From: the human T2T-CHM13v2.0 reference genome, Homo sapiens
Assembly (NCBI RefSeq): GCF_009914755.1
Contig: NC_060927.1
Length of the DNA stretch: 64,000 bases
Direction: 5' to 3' (one strand)
Notes under the pieces: model-generated
What the model was told of the DNA's origin: nothing
Databases searched by the model: none
What the model saw: only the letters and a program-made list of their open reading frames with translations
Part shown: piece after piece, positions 57,600-64,000 of the stretch
Position numbering within the stretch: the stretch's first letter is position 1
Layout: each line of letters begins with the position of its first letter
Position numbers and translations under genes: made by a program

Positions 57600-60500
57600 T
57601 CATAACCAAAGCTGCTACTTTTCACTAAGTGGGTTAGTCTCTTGGACTTCTGATTATTCTGCAAACAAGAAAGAATGGGTTTCTCATTAGCTGTATTTAT
57701 TTGGAATTTTGGCCCTATGCTTGACAATATCTTTGAAGGAGATAATAAGCTAATGCATGCATTTGCTTAGAACAATGTATAGCACATAGTAAATTTCTGA
57801 TAAATGCCAGTGGAGATGGTGATACTGTTGAATACTATCTTTTATTTCAGATAACAAGGCTGACTCTTATTTTTTGGAAAGGAGAGGGGCTGAATTTACT
57901 AAGGTCAGTGAGAAACCTTTTGCCCCGTAAAAGGGAGGCCACCTAGGACTTACAACATGCAGTAGGCTATGAGGGTCAACACCAGGGCTGCAACACAGAT
58001 CTTAGAGGGAGTGGGTGATGTGTTCTTTCAGGACAGATTTAATATCTTCTTCTTTATCCATTCTGATATCCTAGACTACTTTTACATTTTTAGAAGGGAC
58101 CAGCATAAGGAAGAGATTTAAGTGAATGAAAGTGACAACTAGTTAGGCTGGAAGACTTGAACAGGACTCTAAGGGGAAGCCATTGGAGTGTGTCTGAGGA
58201 GGTACATCAACTGCCATGGAGATACTTTTCTGCCTTTTGCTTGCAGGGCATTATTTCATGCCATGTAAAGACCAGTATGCAGACTTTCCTTGGACTGGTG
58301 AAAATCAATCTCCATTTAAATCAACTTATCATAGGAAAGGCAATAAATGTTTAAAGAATATCCTGTACCCAAAGTCAACTCAGCGAAGAGGCTGCAGAAA
58401 GTTAGTTCTAAACCATATGGCCTTATCTTTCCTTGCCTTATTATTTATACTGCCCAACAAAATGAGAGCCCTCTGAGTCACCAGGTCACTTGTATTGCCA
58501 AGTATTTAAGCAGCACATTTACCACGCAGTATCCTTAATCCATTTGATTACTTCAGAAAATGTGTGGAAAGGGAAAACTTTATGTGTGTGTTGATGCCTT
58601 CAGACAGTAGATTGAGTAATCACATAAAATGAAGTAATCACTTTCTTTCCCACCCATGCATATGCATAACCTCTGGTGACTTCATAGGCAGTGGAAATGA
58701 CCTCATCATGGAGTAACTTCATCCTACGGTTCAATTACGTATTCAGGGCTATTGCAGGTAACTGTCTTCAGTTCCTTGCTGACATTTTACTGGTTGGGTG
58801 ATAAAAACTGATGAATGTTCAAACTGTACCCAAATTCATGACACAAAGTATGTGACTTTAAAAGTAATTTCCCTTAGGGGTAACTAGATCAAAAATACAC
58901 AGGTATTGTAACCTGATAAGGGTTTTTCCCCCTAAATTTTTCCAGGTTGGGTGTCATCTAGATAATAAAGACAAACTTTTGACATCCCCATGATCACCTT
59001 TATATTCCATAATGATCACTACAGTCCCAACATCGACTATCTGGTCTCTTTGTCCCCATAATTACCCTTGTTATTACCATGCTTTGTTTCTTGATTTTTA
59101 ATTCTTGTAGACAAAGCTCCCTGGATAAAACCTGTCCAGGTACCTCCTGTTTTATTCACTTAATTGTCTCTAGAAAGGAAAAGGTCACTTGACCCAAGAC
59201 TCTAAAACACTCAATATTGCAAAATAGTACAAATTGTGCCACTGTAATCAGGCCGGCCTGAGTTCAAATCCTGACTTTATTAGCTGTGTGACCTTGGAAA
59301 AGAGAGCTGATTCTTTGATTCTCAGTTCTTCAATCTTGAAATTGGCAATAAAATATCAACGATGCATAGGGGTTTTGTGAAGATGAATCAAGTTAATGCA
59401 TCTAAAATGCTTGGCACATTGAAGCTCTTTGCACACTAGAACAGAGAAAAAAAAACAAATAAAATGCTAAACACAATGTCTGGTGCATATTCAGGAAATA
59501 GAGGCCATTATCAATATTATGCTTGAACTTGTGTCCCACTGACTAGGATAACTACAAGAAGAGATATGTCCAGCATTTGCCTTCTGCAGAGAAGTCAAGT
59601 CCTGTTGGAAAGGCCTCTGCAAAAATTCTACTTTGTTATCAAGAACTTAACCTTCTATCCCTGAACAAAGAGCTGCATTTGATAGCTTATAAAAATACAT
59701 GAAGTTATCATTATGTATTTTATCAAAATTCATCTCAGGAAGAACTTATTTGCCACATGGCCATGAAATAAGATGTTACAAACAGACTTGTAATGAGGTT
59801 GACATTCCTGAAAGAAAAAAGAAAGAAAAGGCCATTCAAACATTGCTTTTTGAGGGCTCAGCTAAATAGCTTTCAGAAAGAGCTTCCACTAGCTTGTATT
59901 TGCATAACAAAAAGATTCCTCCACCTTCCTATAGTCTTATTTGCAGATCCCCAGTAGAATATTTACTAAAGTCTAGATGCAATTAAACCTTTTGTGAAAT
60001 TTGTGTTTGATCATGAATAGGGGTGAGTCAGAAAGTTTGAACGAGACTGAAAGATAAAGGGAAGTATACAAGAAAGCACTCTCATCTTATATTTAGCAAT
60101 GACATTCAAATGACAAAAAAAGAGAGACAATTTTGGAGTAAGATGAAGTTTTCCAATGAGTGTGTTCATTGCTAATCTTGGTTTCTTTGTTTATTGCTCT
60201 CATTAATTCAACTAACATATGCTGGATGTTGGAAGATTTGTTTATAAAGTGGTGATGGGAAAGGTAGTCTTGGTCTAAACTAATCTGTCTGGATTTCGAA
60301 AGTGCTTTATTATAAAAGGAAAATATAGTGAGTCCTCAAATAGTAGTGTGTGTTTCATTAACATAACAAAAAATGGGCTTCAGATTGCCTCAGAAATATG
60401 CCATAAAACCTAAGCTTTTTAAATTTCACTCCAGAAACTTGAAAGAAAGTCTGCTCTCACCTCTATTATTGTTCTGAATTAGAAATTCTTTTTGAACGGT

Positions 60501-62095
60501 TGATATTTTACTATGAATATTTCAAAGACATGGTTACTAAAGAGTTTTCCTAACCTGGAGAGGTATTTGGAGGGTCAAACAGGGTGATTATTTTTAACAG
60601 AAAGGAAGGCCTGAATTAGTCAAATAATTTTTTTTATAATTTCAAGAAGACCAGAGGAGAGCTGTGCATTTGAGTGGTTTGCTTCAGTAAAAGAGAACAG
60701 ATTTTCTTTTGCTATGATTTTGTAGGTTTAAATTTCTCAGTGTAATTTTCCTGCCACCTGACCTTATTTTCTTTTGCAAAGGCAAAACAAATAAACTTGA
60801 AAGGAAGAGGGAAGGAAAACAATAATCTATGTTTTCATGTTCTGGGATTATTTGATTTTCTGGTAGGCTTGTCTTGCTTACTTATAATCATACCAAAATA
60901 TTCATAATTTTAAAATTGGCAGGAAATGAAGCTGCAATCCTTCTGTCCCTGTTGGAACATATAGGGGAATCAGGATTTTCTCCTACCCCAGAGATTCCTT
61001 TCAGCATGCGCCAATTTTCATGCCTGAGGATGCTAAGTGACAAGAATTCTATGTGAAATCATACAGTGAGCCAAGAGTTCTGGTGTATATACCCTGAAAG
61101 TGCATTCCAGGACCTCAGAGGCATTTCGATTCTACTAATTGAAAATGTAGATATGTTTTTAGCAACTGGAAATAGCATCACTGTCATTTAAGTTAGATTT
61201 TGTGAGCAGAGGCTCTGATAATCCTTATTTATGGCAGGTATATGGGGACTTGTTAAATGACTCTTGCCTTTAGAGTTCAATTATTTTTCCATTGACTTAA
61301 TACACATTGAGCCCCTATTCTATACCAGCTTCTGTGCTAGATCCCAGGAATACAAAGTGAAACAGGCCAAGTTTTCTGCTTCCAAGGAGCTCACAGTGTA
61401 GTTGCGAATACAGACAATAAAAGGAAAAATGATAATGTTTTCTGGAATGTCCAAGGATAAAGCTATGTCTTGGGGGTTACCTGATCACTGAGGAAGAGTA
61501 CTTGGAGTTGGTATGTGAAACATCATGAGGAAATAGAGAAGAGGTGTTGACAATGGCCAATATCTGTGAAATATGTATGAACGATGGAAATTGTATCAAA
61601 GAACGTGATCTGGGGAGAATCTCTGTCCAGTTGAAACATGTCTCTATGATAGTGCCAGGAACATTTTAAAGTGATATATTTCCTGAAGAAGGACGGGGGT
61701 AGGGGGGAGTTTTCTAGGCAGGGAGAACCCTGGGAACAGAGGCTCAGGGGCAAAGAACAGTATGTACATAAAAGGGTAGGCTCAGATACTGAAACCAGAT
61801 AGGTTTGGGTTCAAATCCTGACTGTCACTCTTTAGCTACCATCGAATCATGTAGAAATTTTCTACAGCAGGTGAATCTACTTAACAATCTGCTTTGCTAT
61901 CGTGCTACTTTTAATTTAGATTTTTATTACTAGCTTTAGCAAACTCTGAGATTAAGTAACCTTTAAGATTTGCCATTATTTGGAGAATAATTATAGTCAT
62001 AATAATGAAAAATACTGATGATAATAAAAAAGAGAACAATATACACAATGTTCATGTATAAAGTATTTGCTTAGTCTATGCAGACACTAAGAGCT

Positions 62096-62560
62096 TGTGA
62101 TGGTTAATTTTATGTATCATCTTGACTAGGCCATGGGGTGCCCAGACATTTGGTTAAACATTATTCTGGGTGTATCTGTGAGGCTGCTTTTGGATGAGAT
62201 TAGTATTAGAATTGATAGAATGTGCAAAGCAGATTGTCCTCCCTAATGTGGGTGGCCCTCATCCTATCTATTGAAGACCTAAGTAAAATAAAAGGGCTGG
62301 CTGGAGGGAACGGCACCTGCCTGACGGCTTAAGCTGAGACATTGGTCTTTTCCCACCCTCCAACTAGAACTTATACCTTTGGCTCTTCTGGGACTGCAGG
62401 TTGTCAATTGCAGATCTTGGGACTTCTCAGCCTTCGTAATCACCTGAGCTAACTCCTGATAATAAATGTCTTTCTTTTGTATGGATATAAACATAGATAT
62501 ATATAGTTAAATATATAATCTCCTATTGGTTCTTTTCCTCTGGAGAACCCTGACTAATAC
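62096..62560 (+). mobile_element. MLT2 (ERVL) solo LTR
   Basis: tgtgatggttaattttatgtatcatcttgactaggcc...ctctggagaaccctgactaatac. Confidence 0.85.
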
Positions 62561-62614
62561 CGTGCTTTAAATATTTTCTCTCATTTTTCTCTAACAAATT
62601 TCCCATAGTCTTGA

Positions 62615-62740
62615 TTTTTTTTTTAAAGATGGAGTCTTGCTATGTTGCCCAGGCTGACCTCAAACTCCTGGTCAAGGGACCCTCCCACCTCAGCCTTCCA
62701 AGTAGCTGGGACTACTGATACTCACCACTGCACTTGGCTC
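62615..62740 (-). mobile_element. FLAM / Alu monomer
   Basis: T tail then gatggagtcttgctatgttgcccaggctg...cctcccacctcagcc. Confidence 0.75.
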
Positions 62741-64000
62741 AATTCATGGTCTTGATTTGAACCTGTGCTCTTGGCCACCTCAGCATACTGTAGGACAAAT
62801 GAGATTTTAAGAGTACTTCTAGCTTGAAATTTGAATTCCTTTCATTATAAAGGTCATCATTAAAGGCATTATTCCATGGGCATTATTTAGTTTCAGAGCT
62901 CAAAAGGCATAGCTTCAAAGTAACCATTGTTCCCATCACCTAAGATGCAGATGATGGTCAATAGGAAAATAATTTTCACAACACACTACCATCCCTGGTG
63001 GCCTGAGGGACAGCCGAAACTCCCAAGCCCATAAAACAACATAAACAAAAGATTCCATGAAACTGATGGAGTTGAGTTTAGAAAGGAGCTTGGAGTCTCT
63101 AAGATTTTCAAGGTAAGTCTCTCTCCATGAACTAGGGGAACCAGGACCTATTGCTTGGACAAAGAAGTGGGAGAGAAAATATAGGATTCCAGCTACTTCT
63201 GTCCTTTCTTATTTCCCGCCTCAATCAAGTTTGAACAGCACAGCTGTTTATGTGGAGCCTTCCCTTGGAGATCACAGGGCATATGTTGGCTGGAGGTTTT
63301 ACTTTGCCATCTGCCCATGGCAACTCAAGACATTATCTGCTGTAACTACTGGACTATGGTTTTCAAATTTTAGTGTGCATAAAGGATGCCTGAGAACTGT
63401 CTTAAACATGGAAATTTCTGGTCTCTATTCCCTAAGATTTTGATGCAGTAGGTCTGAGATAGGTTTCTGGAATATGCATTTTTACCTTAGGGGAAATTTG
63501 TTCCTATGGCTATGTCCCCAGTTTAAGAAATGTTCCTTAGGGAATTTTCATTCCCATGAGACATGATGGAGGAGAAGGGACATAGACTTCAAATTATTCC
63601 TGGTGCAGCAAGTGCTGAACAGAACCTGGAAGAAAGATATTTTCCTCTACATAAGTAGGAAAAGAAAATCCATGGGAAAAAAAAATGGAATCTTAATGAC
63701 AGTGGCATTCTGAGGAACTTAAAATGAGGAAATATCCAAGCCCAAGAAAATGACATTGTCCACACAGGTCAAATCACATCCAATCCTGAAGGGTTTCCCT
63801 TTTTCTGAAGAATTGGTTTCCTCCCTCTCTTTTCTCTGCTCAGCTATGGAATAACCTAAGTACTACTCCTCCCAGAGGAATTCCTGCTCTGCTCCAAGTT
63901 CTCACTATCAGCACTCCTGATCCTGCTTCTTACTCTAAGGTTCTGGGTTTCAGTTTGATGGAAACGGAACGTGAACACCAGAAGAGAAGTGATGTCTGGG

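Noticed and set aside
59262-59280. Motif TTCAAATCCTGACT recurring at ~14262, ~59263 and ~61810
   Set aside because: This is the tRNA-derived B-box region shared by dispersed MIR copies, not a tRNA gene or a novel repeat.
63100-63120. Consensus splice donor AAG|GTAAGT on the plus strand upstream of CADPS (possible divergent lncRNA exon)
   Set aside because: An isolated motif is expected by chance in 64 kb, and no matching exon structure can be supported without transcript data.

Overview
This is mammalian (primate; human or great-ape-like) genomic DNA, not a prokaryotic accessory region. It covers the 5' end of CADPS (CAPS1, calcium-dependent secretion activator), transcribed on the minus strand. 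The CpG-island promoter and coding exon 1 lie at ~49.5-51.5 kb (ATG 50703, donor after 50263, 147 codons). Bases 1-50262 are intron 1 and ~51.5-64 kb is upstream sequence. The rest is mostly interspersed repeats: Alus, MIR/L2, old L1M pieces, MaLR/ERVL/ERV1 solo LTRs, and MER2/MER5/MER20/Tigger DNA-transposon relics. The best observation is a 5.16-kb L1PA2-like LINE-1 in intron 1 (22932-28088, minus strand, 13-bp TSD). It keeps the intact L1 5' terminus but joins L1 nt ~97 exactly to a position inside ORF1, so it is a retrotransposed copy of a spliced L1 mRNA. This matches the rare but already described SpIRE 97/976 class. Several local inverted duplications also look like template-switch scars, including a perfect 34-bp inverted repeat ~860 bp apart. 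I found no convincing evidence for a wholly new biological system. Repeat boundaries are read by eye and family names and consensus comparisons come from memory, so both need RepeatMasker/Dfam confirmation.
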